Virus record (IMG/VR): IMGVR_UViG_3300045988_109366
Span: 64,001 to 128,000 of that record
Strand: one strand, 5' to 3'
Origin: a virus
Length of the DNA stretch: 64,000 bases
This document shows positions 26,201 through 34,685 of this stretch, piece after piece. Positions within the stretch are counted from its first letter, which is position 1, and each line of letters starts with the position of its first letter. The translations under genes were made by a program, and so were the position numbers. Below the pieces are notes generated by a model. That model was not told the DNA's origin and searched no databases. It saw only the letters and a program-made list of their open reading frames with translations.

Positions 26201-26512
26201 ATGATTAAAGACGTAATGGAGAGGGATATGATAAATGAGATATCCACGTTGTTTGTAATGATATTCACGTCAGGGTTGATGTTTGTCATGCCGATGTTAG
26301 ATATAGAGTGTGATGATATTACTATCATAATAAGATCAGGAATAATACTATCTTTTATGCTAACCATAATCCCGATCTTGCTTTCTTACGATATAAGGGA
26401 TGAGATCATTGAGTTGATTGGTGATATAGACAGCCAGATCGTGGTAGGCACTTCGGTATATAAAACGAACCTGCCCACCGAAGCATTCCTCCCCATCATA
26501 ATGCTTATGTGA
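26201..26512 (+). CDS. possible small membrane protein
   Basis: ORF track; two hydrophobic segments. It overlaps the 3' end of the convergent ORF 26360..26908 by ~150 nt, so one of the two annotations is probably too long. Confidence 0.3.
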   Translation: MIKDVMERDMINEISTLFVMIFTSGLMFVMPMLDIECDDITIIIRSGIILSFMLTIIPILLSYDIRDEIIELIGDIDSQIVVGTSVYKTNLPTEAFLPIIMLM

Positions 26513-26908
26513 CTTACAGACCTTTACATCCCCTTTAGCCAGCTCGTTGAAGAAAGCGGCATTGTAAAGCATTCGATATTTATATAGTTCGTTAAATGTA
26601 TGATATCCGTCGGATACGTTACCCATATCATCTTCATGTAAATATGTTTTCTCAAAAATGTCCTGCTTGCAAGGATAAAACTCCCCGTTTACTCCCTTGA
26701 TGATGTAATCACCTACATTGGCTTTCATAACACCTTCAAGGGTTTCTATACTACAATCAACAGAAGGAGGTATCCTATTATCATCGCCACCTTCCCTAAT
26801 AACTTCTATTTTAACGCTATCACCAGCGAAATCCTTGATCTCATCATTATTAAAGCCTTTCCATTTTACGGCTTCTATCGCAATTGGTTTCTTTACATAT
26901 CTATTCAT
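26360..26908 (-). CDS. hypothetical protein
   Basis: ORF track; DGYHTFNELYKYRMLYNAAF motif seen in other phage proteins (family name not recalled with certainty). Confidence 0.55.
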   Translation of the reverse strand: MNRYVKKPIAIEAVKWKGFNNDEIKDFAGDSVKIEVIREGGDDNRIPPSVDCSIETLEGVMKANVGDYIIKGVNGEFYPCKQDIFEKTYLHEDDMGNVSDGYHTFNELYKYRMLYNAAFFNELAKGDVKVCKSHKHYDGEECFGGQVRFIYRSAYHDLAVYITNQLNDLIPYIVRKQDRDYG

Positions 26909-26930
26909 AATTTTACGATTTAATATATTA

Positions 26931-27206
26931 TTATCTTTTGATATACCTTTCTATAAGATCTATTGATAGTTTAGCTCCCAGCTCCTCCTCCAATAGGTTA
27001 AGGTAGTTCCGGTGCAGGCATCCGCCCCGCCCCACCTCCCTAAAGCCGGCCCCGTCCCGGATCCTGACCAGCCCTTTCCTTGGATCCATGTCGATCATAT
27101 CCCGAAGCTCGTTCATGTTCTTAAACCTGTCTTCTATTACCTTAAATACATCGATCTTAGGTCTCTTATCCTTATCCTTGGACTTTATTTTAATTCTTCC
27201 ACTCAT
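26931..27206 (-). CDS. hypothetical protein
   Basis: ORF track. Confidence 0.5.
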   Translation of the reverse strand: MSGRIKIKSKDKDKRPKIDVFKVIEDRFKNMNELRDMIDMDPRKGLVRIRDGAGFREVGRGGCLHRNYLNLLEEELGAKLSIDLIERYIKR

Positions 27207-27211
27207 ATCAA

Positions 27212-27322
27212 TTATCCAGTGACTTTACATGTAATATGATTCATATTATTACCGCGATAAGCGCACATAGATACGTAGGGAGAATACACTCTTCCACATA
27301 TCGGACATCTCCATCCCCACAT
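27212..27322 (-). CDS. possible 36-aa zinc-ribbon miniprotein
   Basis: Manual translation MWGWRCPICGRVYSPYVSMCAYRGNNMNHITCKVTG*; fills the gap between dut and the next gene. Confidence 0.3.
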   Translation of the reverse strand: MWGWRCPICGRVYSPYVSMCAYRGNNMNHITCKVTG

Positions 27323-27394
27323 AACAGGATTTGTTTGTTTGTCAATTTCTTTCAAGCCTTCATTAGTAGTGGATGATGTATTTTGTTTTCCATA

Positions 27395-27937
27395 TCATTC
27401 GTTATTTATCTTATCTGTACTTCCAAATCCATTATCCCCTCTATCAGACTTTCCAAGATCTTCTAATGACTTCACTTCTTCCCATACGATACGTTCCCTT
27501 CTACGAATAAGAAGTTGTGCTACTTTACCACCGACATTACAATAATAAGGACTATGTCTATCCATTTTTCTGTGAACTATTATAATCTCCCCGCTATATC
27601 CTTCATCAATAGTAGCAGGGGCGTTTTGCATAATTAGCTCGCTATTAGTAAAACCACTACGTGGACGGATTTCCATCTCATAATCTTCAGGTATTGCTAC
27701 ATGTACACCAGTATGATATATGATTCTTCCATTATCAAGTTCTATATCCTTAACGAACAAATCCATACAAGCATCCTGTTTATGAGCGTATTCAGGTAGC
27801 TTAGCCCCCTCTTCTAGCCATATCTTGACCTTACACGTATCTATACCATCAAGTAACTCAACTGCCTCTTTATAGCTCATAGGTTGTTCTGAGGCTAATG
27901 AAATGGCTCTTGCCAATAAATCTTTAATCTTACTCAT
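27395..27937 (-). CDS. dut: dUTP diphosphatase (trimeric dUTPase family)
   Basis: Motifs in order: DACMDL, IRPRSGF, IDEGYSGEIII, KVAQLLI, SDRGDNGFGST. Confidence 0.85.
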   Translation of the reverse strand: MSKIKDLLARAISLASEQPMSYKEAVELLDGIDTCKVKIWLEEGAKLPEYAHKQDACMDLFVKDIELDNGRIIYHTGVHVAIPEDYEMEIRPRSGFTNSELIMQNAPATIDEGYSGEIIIVHRKMDRHSPYYCNVGGKVAQLLIRRRERIVWEEVKSLEDLGKSDRGDNGFGSTDKINNE

Positions 27938-28683
27938 TTTATCTTGTCTTTAAATTCTTTCCCCTTCGGACATTGTAATTTACATTCCTCACCACAAGCG
28001 GAACATTTGGGTCTCATTCCGGACACCCCTCTTCCCCCGTACGGCCAGTAGGCGTAATCGCAGACGCTCCAGAACGCCTCCATCGCCTTTATCTTGGCAT
28101 CGACGGTTATCTTCTCCTTAACCTTTTTCATGCTTTTCCTGAACTCGTCTTTCATATCCTTCCCCTCTATCTGTCTAGCCTTACGTCTCTCATTCCACCA
28201 ATTATAGTAGAATTTGTCAGCCATCTTATAGGCTTCCGGATCAAATTTATCACGGTGCAGGATAGGTGCGTCCTTGACCTTTCTCAAATTCCTGCCACAA
28301 ACATAAGCAAGCCCGGCGTACGGAGGTATGTCCTTAGGATCAACCAACCCATCCGGTACGCAGTAGTAGAAGTAGTTGGGCCGGCCGTACCTGACCCAGT
28401 CCCCGGTCTCGTATAGGGCTTGCTTCCGGACCTCGAACCAGCCTTGCATTACTTGGTGCTTTTCCTGTTTCTCGAAATCCTTGTTATAGTCAGCAAGCGA
28501 GATCTTAACCTCAACCTCATAGGCGTACATGGATCTGGTTATAGCCAGATAATCAGACTCCCAGTTATAGACATATAAGTTGTTTATAATCCATCTAGGG
28601 GATACCAAGAACTGTCTGTTAAGGATATCCAATATCCCTCTCTCAGTATATTCAGCACCTTTATTTGATCGCCGTGTTCCCAT
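27934..28683 (-). CDS. hypothetical protein, possible PD-(D/E)XK-like core plus C-terminal Cys cluster
   Basis: WESDYLAIT ... YAYEVEVKIS resembles D/E..ExK; C-terminal CSACGEECKLQCPKG. Confidence 0.4.
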   Translation of the reverse strand: MGTRRSNKGAEYTERGILDILNRQFLVSPRWIINNLYVYNWESDYLAITRSMYAYEVEVKISLADYNKDFEKQEKHQVMQGWFEVRKQALYETGDWVRYGRPNYFYYCVPDGLVDPKDIPPYAGLAYVCGRNLRKVKDAPILHRDKFDPEAYKMADKFYYNWWNERRKARQIEGKDMKDEFRKSMKKVKEKITVDAKIKAMEAFWSVCDYAYWPYGGRGVSGMRPKCSACGEECKLQCPKGKEFKDKIK

Positions 28684-28951
28684 CTCCTGTCAGAGGATTA
28701 TTCCTATATCCTACCGCCATTATAGCATTACCTATCAACATCCTCAACTTATCCATATCTTTATCATGGAACGAGAAACTGGTTAAGGTATATGACTTAG
28801 TAGCCTTCTCACAAGACCTTATCATCAACATAGCCACATATTCCCCCATCATCTTTCCGTTCATAATATCAAGATCGATTATACCGTGATCTATTAGATC
28901 AACCACATCCCATCCTGCTGGTAGATACTTTTTTATCTGATTAATATCCAT
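28661..28951 (-). CDS. hypothetical protein
   Basis: ORF track. Confidence 0.5.
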   Translation of the reverse strand: MDINQIKKYLPAGWDVVDLIDHGIIDLDIMNGKMMGEYVAMLMIRSCEKATKSYTLTSFSFHDKDMDKLRMLIGNAIMAVGYRNNPLTGDGNTAIK

Positions 28952-29118
28952 CCCAAATAGTTATTATAAATAGGAGGGTCGTGCTACCCTCCTATAGATT
29001 ACACACGAAAAATAGAACTGAAAGCGATCTTAAGCACGTAAGATTTTATTGATTCCCGTAGGCTGTCTACCGGTTATCGTTAATTACCGTACGGGAATAT
29101 GTTTAAGAAAACACCATG

Positions 29119-29194
29119 TGGGGAGTGGGGGAATCGAACCCTTATCCACGCTACGATTAGGAATCGTAAATTCTATCCGTTAAATTAACTCCCC
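29119..29194 (-). tRNA. tRNA-Arg (anticodon CCT), non-canonical T-stem/variable region
   Basis: Manual cloverleaf: acceptor GGGGAGT/ACTCCCC, D-stem ATTT/GAAT, anticodon stem TACGA/TCGTA with loop TTCCTAA, T-loop TTCGATT. The T-stem has only 3 clean pairs and the variable region is 8 nt. Confidence 0.6.
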
Positions 29195-29243
29195 TTTATT
29201 CAAAGATCTATAAATTGTATATAATTACCAAACAATATTTTAG

Positions 29244-29309
29244 CGAATCCGGCTGGAATCGAACCAGCATCTCCAATATTATGGTAATCATCCAATGATC
29301 CTCGGATCC
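29244..29309 (-). other. tRNA-like relic (perfect T-arm and acceptor stem, no canonical anticodon arm)
   Basis: Minus strand GGATCCG..GATC ATTGGAT GATT..CCATAATATTGG..GCTGG TTCGATT CCAGC CGGATTC G; only 66 nt. Confidence 0.35.
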
Positions 29310-29390
29310 ATATGTCCCGATCCTCCCGGACAAGGACATCAAACAAAATCTAAACTCTAAATCTAATGACAAATTATATTAATCCAACTG

Positions 29391-29464
29391 TGGACCCGGC
29401 CGGGCTTGAACCGACAACCTTCTGGTTATGAGCCAATTGCTCTTACCGATTGAGCTACGGGTCC
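29391..29464 (-). tRNA. tRNA-Met (anticodon CAT; could also be an Ile-lysidine type)
   Basis: Manual cloverleaf: GGACCCG/CGGGTCC acceptor, GCTC/GAGC D-stem, loop CTCATAA, T-arm GTCGG TTCAAGC CCGGC. G1-C72 is paired, so it is not an initiator. Confidence 0.85.
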
Positions 29465-29531
29465 TAAATACACCACATCGTCTTTCACAAGAGGATGTGG
29501 GACGGAATTTCTCGAAGTTTATATAGTAATA

Positions 29532-30131
29532 TCATGAAACTATTGTCCAACATTCTAGCATATAGCACCAATCATCGAACGGGAACGTCTCTACACCAGA
29601 CCTACCCCATCCCGTCCCCCAACTGTTCTGTAGGACGAAGCCGGCCTTGTCCCATCCGGTGAGGATAACGGCATGACCTCCCAAGTTCTGTCCTTGGCCT
29701 TGCCAGAACCGATTACCATAATTATAGCAATACAGACCTATAACCAGAGGCCCATTCAGCATCAACGCTACCTTAGCTGATACCGGATCTATGATCCTAG
29801 CGTAACTGTTTATTTTCTCCCCATCTACGCCTACGTTCTTGATAGACTTGATAGCGTCACGAAGAACCATCCCGTCCTGGCCCTTATCCTCTCTCAGATC
29901 ATATATATCGTAAGGAGATATTTTAGCTGGTCTTTTGATATCCTTTATAGCTTTTCTCCAGTTAAGGATCTCAGCTAAGCTTACGGCTGCGCAAATAGGA
30001 GAAGATCCTTGATCCACTACGCTATCGACATTATTGATCTTATACTCATCAGGAACAGCCTCATGTTGCATATTCATGATAGCGTCCCTATCATCCGCTG
30101 GTGATGGTATGTAACCTAGTCCGTAACTCAT
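29532..30131 (-). CDS. papain-like (C1 family) cysteine peptidase
   Basis: DQGSSPICAAVS (Gln + catalytic Cys), GGHAVILTGWD (His), LQNSWGTGWG (Asn-Ser-Trp). Confidence 0.7.
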   Translation of the reverse strand: MSYGLGYIPSPADDRDAIMNMQHEAVPDEYKINNVDSVVDQGSSPICAAVSLAEILNWRKAIKDIKRPAKISPYDIYDLREDKGQDGMVLRDAIKSIKNVGVDGEKINSYARIIDPVSAKVALMLNGPLVIGLYCYNYGNRFWQGQGQNLGGHAVILTGWDKAGFVLQNSWGTGWGRSGVETFPFDDWCYMLECWTIVS

Positions 30132-30442
30132 TTTTTATCTTTTTTATGATAATCAATTATCTTGATATTAAACGTATCGGATCTTTGCCTAACCTGTATT
30201 GACCCTCTAGCTTTTCCCTTGGCGTCGTACAGGGCGGTGAAACCAAAGTTATCGACCCGGCCGTCATCCAGCGTAAACCTCCACTCCTTCCATTGGCCCA
30301 TCACGGTTCCGGAAGATACTATGGAATCCACCACATAAGATATATCAGTAGTATCGTACTCCGTATAATAGGTTCTAGATGTACTACATCCGACATCCGC
30401 TAAGGTAAATAACATTAACAAGAAAAACAAGATCTTATTCAT
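30128..30442 (-). CDS. lipoprotein (start moved to internal Met)
   Basis: MNKILFFLLMLFTLADVGCSTS is a signal peptide plus lipobox. ATG 30442..30440 overlaps the stop of the upstream ORF (AATGAATAA). Confidence 0.6.
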   Translation of the reverse strand: MNKILFFLLMLFTLADVGCSTSRTYYTEYDTTDISYVVDSIVSSGTVMGQWKEWRFTLDDGRVDNFGFTALYDAKGKARGSIQVRQRSDTFNIKIIDYHKKDKK

Positions 30443-31091
30443 TTTTCTTAGTCTTTTTACGTTTCTTAGATTTCTTCTTCTCCTCAGTTTTATTCTCGAC
30501 ATTTACGTCATTGCCGGCATCGGTACCAGTAACCTCAGGGGCGTTATTTTCAGGTATATCGATATGACCTGAATTAGGGTCCATCTTATCCTCCTCAACA
30601 ATAACCTCATCAGCCACATCACCATCTAAAGCCTCAGGATCAATATGATTTTCCAGATACTGGATACGATCTGACATAGCCTTATTTTGCTCCTCTATTT
30701 CCTTGTACCTTCTTCTAGCCTCATCGAGTAATTTAGATGATAGTTTATGTTTCTTCTCTATATCCATATAAGCCCGTTTAAGAGTCTCTTTCTCTTTTAC
30801 CGACTCATTATATAGCTCTCTTGATTTACTAAGCTCATTCCCCATCTTAACTATATGAGAATCCTTTGATTCTATATCCATATCAAGAGAATCCACAAGC
30901 GTATTAAGATATCTTTCTTTTTCCTCCAATTCCGTTATCTTACTACGAGCATCCTCATAATTTCTTTTTAATCTACTTGAATAGCTAATAGCTTCATCAA
31001 GATCCTGTTTTAGAGTATTTATATAACTACTCTTTACTATCTTCAATCCGAACATCCTCAACACTGTTATAAGTTTTACGAATATCGGCAT
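30435..31091 (-). CDS. coiled-coil protein with acidic then Lys-rich tail
   Basis: Heptad-like, charged sequence (LKRNYEDARSKITELEEKERYLNTL...). The true start may be the internal Met13. Confidence 0.5.
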   Translation of the reverse strand: MPIFVKLITVLRMFGLKIVKSSYINTLKQDLDEAISYSSRLKRNYEDARSKITELEEKERYLNTLVDSLDMDIESKDSHIVKMGNELSKSRELYNESVKEKETLKRAYMDIEKKHKLSSKLLDEARRRYKEIEEQNKAMSDRIQYLENHIDPEALDGDVADEVIVEEDKMDPNSGHIDIPENNAPEVTGTDAGNDVNVENKTEEKKKSKKRKKTKKNE

Positions 31092-31575
31092 TTATCTTAC
31101 CGACTATAATTAACTCAGCTATATGTTTATCTTTCTCGACTATAGCCATATCCTTACGGACATTAGTGACCCTGATCATGATATTCCCGTTATTAGACGA
31201 GACGAACGGTGATCCCACCAAAGTAAGTCCCGTATCGCCGGTAAACGACGGCAGCATCATCAACACCCCTATGGTATTATCCGGGAACGATGCCCACACC
31301 CCTGTGTCTATATCAAGGACATCACCCTGCCCTAATGGGAAGGCATTACCCTGCTTGATAGGAATATCCTTACCCAACGAGTTCCATGCTTTCGAGAATC
31401 TTACGGAGTTAAGGAAGATCTTTCCCTCTTTCTCCACCATCCCTACCATAGGTTCGCAATTCAATCTAACCTCGTTTTGTTTATCATCCGGCTTCTCCTC
31501 AAGCTCATCAAGATCTCTGGCTGATGTAAATGACTTACTCTCCAGAAGTTTTTTGATATCTTCAATCGTAGCCAT
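31027..31575 (-). CDS. hypothetical protein, possibly dUTPase/dCTP-deaminase-fold
   Basis: GSPFVSSNNGNIMIRVTNVRKDMAIVEKDKHIAELIIV resembles dUTPase motifs 3-4 (G.ID..Y.G.I.V...N ... G.RIAQL). Confidence 0.4.
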   Translation of the reverse strand: MATIEDIKKLLESKSFTSARDLDELEEKPDDKQNEVRLNCEPMVGMVEKEGKIFLNSVRFSKAWNSLGKDIPIKQGNAFPLGQGDVLDIDTGVWASFPDNTIGVLMMLPSFTGDTGLTLVGSPFVSSNNGNIMIRVTNVRKDMAIVEKDKHIAELIIVGKINADIRKTYNSVEDVRIEDSKE

Positions 31576-31576
31576 A

Positions 31577-31837
31577 CTATAATTTTATTATTAAATAAAC
31601 GATCTTCAATCCTAACTTCAAATCAGATGTCTTTTCGAACATCTCCCTAAGAGGTAAGATAGTAGCGTCAAGATCTGACGCTACCCATTCTCCATCCTTA
31701 TAATACATATTCTTTTCCTCGGAATACGCTACACAAGGTCGATGCCCTAAGTTCTTCATAACCGTATCTACCTTATTTTGGGTAGGCATCGAGACACGGT
31801 TCACTTTAGTAGATATATTAAAATTACTTTCTATCAT
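31577..31837 (-). CDS. hypothetical protein
   Basis: ORF track. Confidence 0.5.
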   Translation of the reverse strand: MIESNFNISTKVNRVSMPTQNKVDTVMKNLGHRPCVAYSEEKNMYYKDGEWVASDLDATILPLREMFEKTSDLKLGLKIVYLIIKL

Positions 31838-32019
31838 AAATCAAATTCTACATATTTATAATCAACATTATTTATCTCAAATATCTTATCCATAAATATT
31901 CTATGTTTCTCTTTAGTATCAAGAAGATTCTCACCATAAAAGAAAAATCTATTTTCATTATCCAATTTTAGATATTTATGAATACTCTTCTTGATAAAAT
32001 AAACCCGCTTTTTAAACAA
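31834..32019 (-). CDS. hypothetical protein
   Basis: ORF track. Confidence 0.4.
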   Translation of the reverse strand: MFKKRVYFIKKSIHKYLKLDNENRFFFYGENLLDTKEKHRIFMDKIFEINNVDYKYVEFDL

Positions 32020-32345
32020 TCATAATCCCAATGATGAGCTTCTTTGTATTTTAAATCAAATCCTCTTGATCTTAATGACCTACTTAAACCTTTATATACA
32101 CAAGATTTTGTTTTATAATTTTTACTATGCTTACTTGCATATCCAAGCCTCTTATACTTTTCTCTTCCTCTTTCCCTTTCTTTATCTACAAAATCGGGAT
32201 TTTTGATATTATCATTATATTTATCATGAACATCTTTTTTAGCGCACTCCTTACACTTATTAAAATGTCCATCTTTCATTTTAGGATGCTTATAAAACTC
32301 ATCTATGGATTTTATTTTACCACATTTGAAACAAACCTTATCCAT
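31968..32345 (-). CDS. zinc-ribbon protein, homing-endonuclease-like N-terminus
   Basis: CFKCGKIKSIDEFYKHPKMKDGHFNKCKECAKK is the CxxCG..K...F.....DG....CK.C pattern common at the N-terminus of phage HNH/AP2-type proteins. Confidence 0.4.
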   Translation of the reverse strand: MDKVCFKCGKIKSIDEFYKHPKMKDGHFNKCKECAKKDVHDKYNDNIKNPDFVDKERERGREKYKRLGYASKHSKNYKTKSCVYKGLSRSLRSRGFDLKYKEAHHWDYDCLKSGFILSRRVFINI

Positions 32346-32350
32346 ATAAA

Positions 32351-33178
32351 TCAGAAAGGAAGATCATTGTCATCTCCAAAAGGAGGATATTGAGGAGGTT
32401 GTTGTTGACCTCCAAAAAAAGGTGCTTGGGCTGTCTGAGGCGGAGCCTGCTGGTATGATGGAGGAGGCGTCTGCGGCTGGGCTTGCGGCTGATATGACGG
32501 TGGGGGCGTTTGCGTTGTAGCCTCACCAACGTTGTTTTGGCTTGCCGACTGAGCGGGTTTCACCCCATCTGTCTTAATGCTTTGAATGTATTTATTAAGT
32601 ACCTGATAGGCGAAAGCATCTTGGGCAGTATAATCAAACTTCTTATTCCCCATTATATCAGTACTCTCAACTCTGTCAGGCCATCCATTCTGCCCATTCT
32701 TATAATATTGCTGTATAAGCTCATCCCTTCCATCAGGAGTCTCCCTTGCGTATGAGATAAAGAAATTACAGGGAGCATATTGATCCCCTTTCTTAGCATG
32801 AGCAGGATTGATCACTACCTTACGTTTCAGGTCGATATTAGGCAAGTACCTTACCAGTGACTTCACGTAATTATTAATACCTCCTTTTTGAGTCACCAAA
32901 GGAACGTTTATAAAGTAATTACCATCCTCATCACTTATCTTTATGGATAAGTATTTGGCGTTTATTCCATTGAACTCCACGTCTCTTACGCTAATATCAG
33001 ACAAATAACCTTCGATACCGTTCCAGAACACCCTCCAATAAGAAACGGCCCCGGTCTTCTCGTTTATATGCTCCTCGAAACCTTCCTTTGGTTCTCTTGA
33101 TGACTGATATAATAATCCGCTACCACTTACTTTAAAGTAATGGTTATTACCACCTGATGAATTTTCTCTAACTCCCAT
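32351..33178 (-). CDS. ssb: single-stranded DNA-binding protein candidate
   Basis: Long Pro/Gln-rich linker ending in FGDDNDLPF, the acidic SSB C-terminal tip (E. coli ...DFDDDIPF); sits beside the clamp, RecA and helicase genes. Confidence 0.6.
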   Translation of the reverse strand: MGVRENSSGGNNHYFKVSGSGLLYQSSREPKEGFEEHINEKTGAVSYWRVFWNGIEGYLSDISVRDVEFNGINAKYLSIKISDEDGNYFINVPLVTQKGGINNYVKSLVRYLPNIDLKRKVVINPAHAKKGDQYAPCNFFISYARETPDGRDELIQQYYKNGQNGWPDRVESTDIMGNKKFDYTAQDAFAYQVLNKYIQSIKTDGVKPAQSASQNNVGEATTQTPPPSYQPQAQPQTPPPSYQQAPPQTAQAPFFGGQQQPPQYPPFGDDNDLPF

Positions 33179-33196
33179 TTTATATATATTTAAAAA

Positions 33197-34297
33197 TTAA
33201 ACAATAATTGATGATGATAAGAAATACTCGTTCTTATTATCCTCCCCATAAATCTTGTTGAAATGAGATTTATGGTCATGCTCGATAACGATCCTATTCC
33301 ATGGTATGCTTTTAACTATACCAAGATACCTACCACATAGCACATCGCATATAATATCATTACCGTTATGCGATAAAGCCGTAAGCCTTTCCTTACAAGA
33401 TCTTCCAGACATAGGGTTCTCTGACATAATACCGCATCCTTTTTCAGTGAATATCAACTTACAATGATCAAACTCATTTACCTTAATATTATTTTGGAGG
33501 GCCTGGACGAGTAGATCCTTATCAAAGACATAGGTACTTGTTTTGACAAAATGCTCGTCCACGAACCTCCAATTTGGATAATTACCCTCAAAATGGGTCT
33601 CATACATATCCATATCAGGCGTAGAGAAATAAGTCTTAGTATCATCCACTTTTATAGACAACATATCCGATGACTTATTGATATGCTTATCAAGCAATAT
33701 CGCGGATTCGTTCGATACCGGGATAAACATCTTCTCTACCTTATCCTGATTAGGGACAAAATACCTGTAAATAGTATTTCTATCCGTACTTACTATATTA
33801 ATATTAATATCATCAATATCAATAACCACATTCTCGATGCATGGATAAAAGTCATCTACCTCCGTATAATCGCTGGCTTTGTTAAGAACCGAAACATAAT
33901 CGCTCATCTTAACCTTAATTCCTCCATCAAGTATCTTATGTACCTGCGGGAATGTATTGATATCAAAAGCCGGACAACTATACTCACCAGAAGCGTAGTG
34001 GATCGTGATCTGATCTTTTCTATCCGAAAGCAGTATCGTAATCTCACAATTCTTCTGTTTTTTCATGAACTTAATAAAAGAGCTTGCCTCTACCAAGAAA
34101 GAGAAGTTAGAGTCAGCCTCGACCTCCAATCGCTCTATAACACATACCTTGGCATTTACGGAAGTGATATAAGCCAGATTATTGACAACATCTATCTTAA
34201 GATCCTTATAAAGGGAGTTGGAACCGGCGTTCTTAACCACCGTCTCCAGTTTACCCAACTTCTCATTTAATGACTTCGACAAGCACTTCAATACCAT
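33197..34297 (-). CDS. DNA polymerase sliding clamp (beta-clamp-like)
   Basis: 366 aa. The N-terminal pattern (L..L..V..V......LY..L.I.V..N.L.ITS.N...... F.V.A..F..F.K ... FD...FPQ) parallels DnaN. Confidence 0.55.
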   Translation of the reverse strand: MVLKCLSKSLNEKLGKLETVVKNAGSNSLYKDLKIDVVNNLAYITSVNAKVCVIERLEVEADSNFSFLVEASSFIKFMKKQKNCEITILLSDRKDQITIHYASGEYSCPAFDINTFPQVHKILDGGIKVKMSDYVSVLNKASDYTEVDDFYPCIENVVIDIDDININIVSTDRNTIYRYFVPNQDKVEKMFIPVSNESAILLDKHINKSSDMLSIKVDDTKTYFSTPDMDMYETHFEGNYPNWRFVDEHFVKTSTYVFDKDLLVQALQNNIKVNEFDHCKLIFTEKGCGIMSENPMSGRSCKERLTALSHNGNDIICDVLCGRYLGIVKSIPWNRIVIEHDHKSHFNKIYGEDNKNEYFLSSSIIV

Positions 34298-34340
34298 ATA
34301 ACATATTTTATTTGTTTATCATCCATAATTCATGTACAAG

Positions 34341-34386
34341 CTTTATAAAAATCATACTCCGAAACCGGAAATGATTCCGGAGTATG
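34341..34386 (-). terminator. perfect 10-bp stem-loop plus T5 on minus strand, 45 nt upstream of the clamp ATG
   Basis: TCATACTCCG (34351-34360) pairs with CGGAGTATGA (34377-34386); the minus strand continues TTTTTAT. Confidence 0.55.
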
Positions 34387-34677
34387 AATCCCGATTATGG
34401 GATAAATCAGGATAAAAATCCTGTTAGTACCCATCGCCAATGTTACCAAAGGTTTCATACAAGCAGCACTGTTTTGCCGAATACGCTACTCCTGTTTAAC
34501 CACTTGCCTTAGAGCCTTGGGCTTGGATAAACACCCTAGGGTAACTATACATTCTAAGGTAACGTAGTGCTCTAAGCACTTAGGCTAATAACCTGACCGT
34601 TTCCGGTATATGTAAAATATTTTTCAACATCTTACATATTATCCGAGGTTATAATAAACAACTTTTACATGACATTG

Positions 34678-34685
34678 CAAATATA
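34678..34685 (-). promoter_or_regulatory. Bacteroidota-type -7 box (TATATTTG on minus strand)
   Basis: TAnnTTTG match inside the conserved 16-mer ACATTGCAAATATAAT. Confidence 0.4.

Noticed and set aside
29244-29309. tRNA-like relic as an attP core for integration into a host tRNA gene
   Set aside because: No integrase or recombinase gene lies in this window, so the idea cannot be evaluated here.
30435-31091. Calling the coiled-coil protein an i-spanin
   Set aside because: It has no convincing N-terminal transmembrane helix, especially if translation starts at Met13. This is kept only as a speculative remark in the findings.
33683-34270. 195-aa plus-strand ORF, and similar antisense ORFs at 38507-39049, 43167-43754, 46189-47297, 50288-50701 and 62440-62889
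   Set aside because: They lie antisense to genes with clear motifs or operon context, have low-complexity translations, and show no independent start or stop context.
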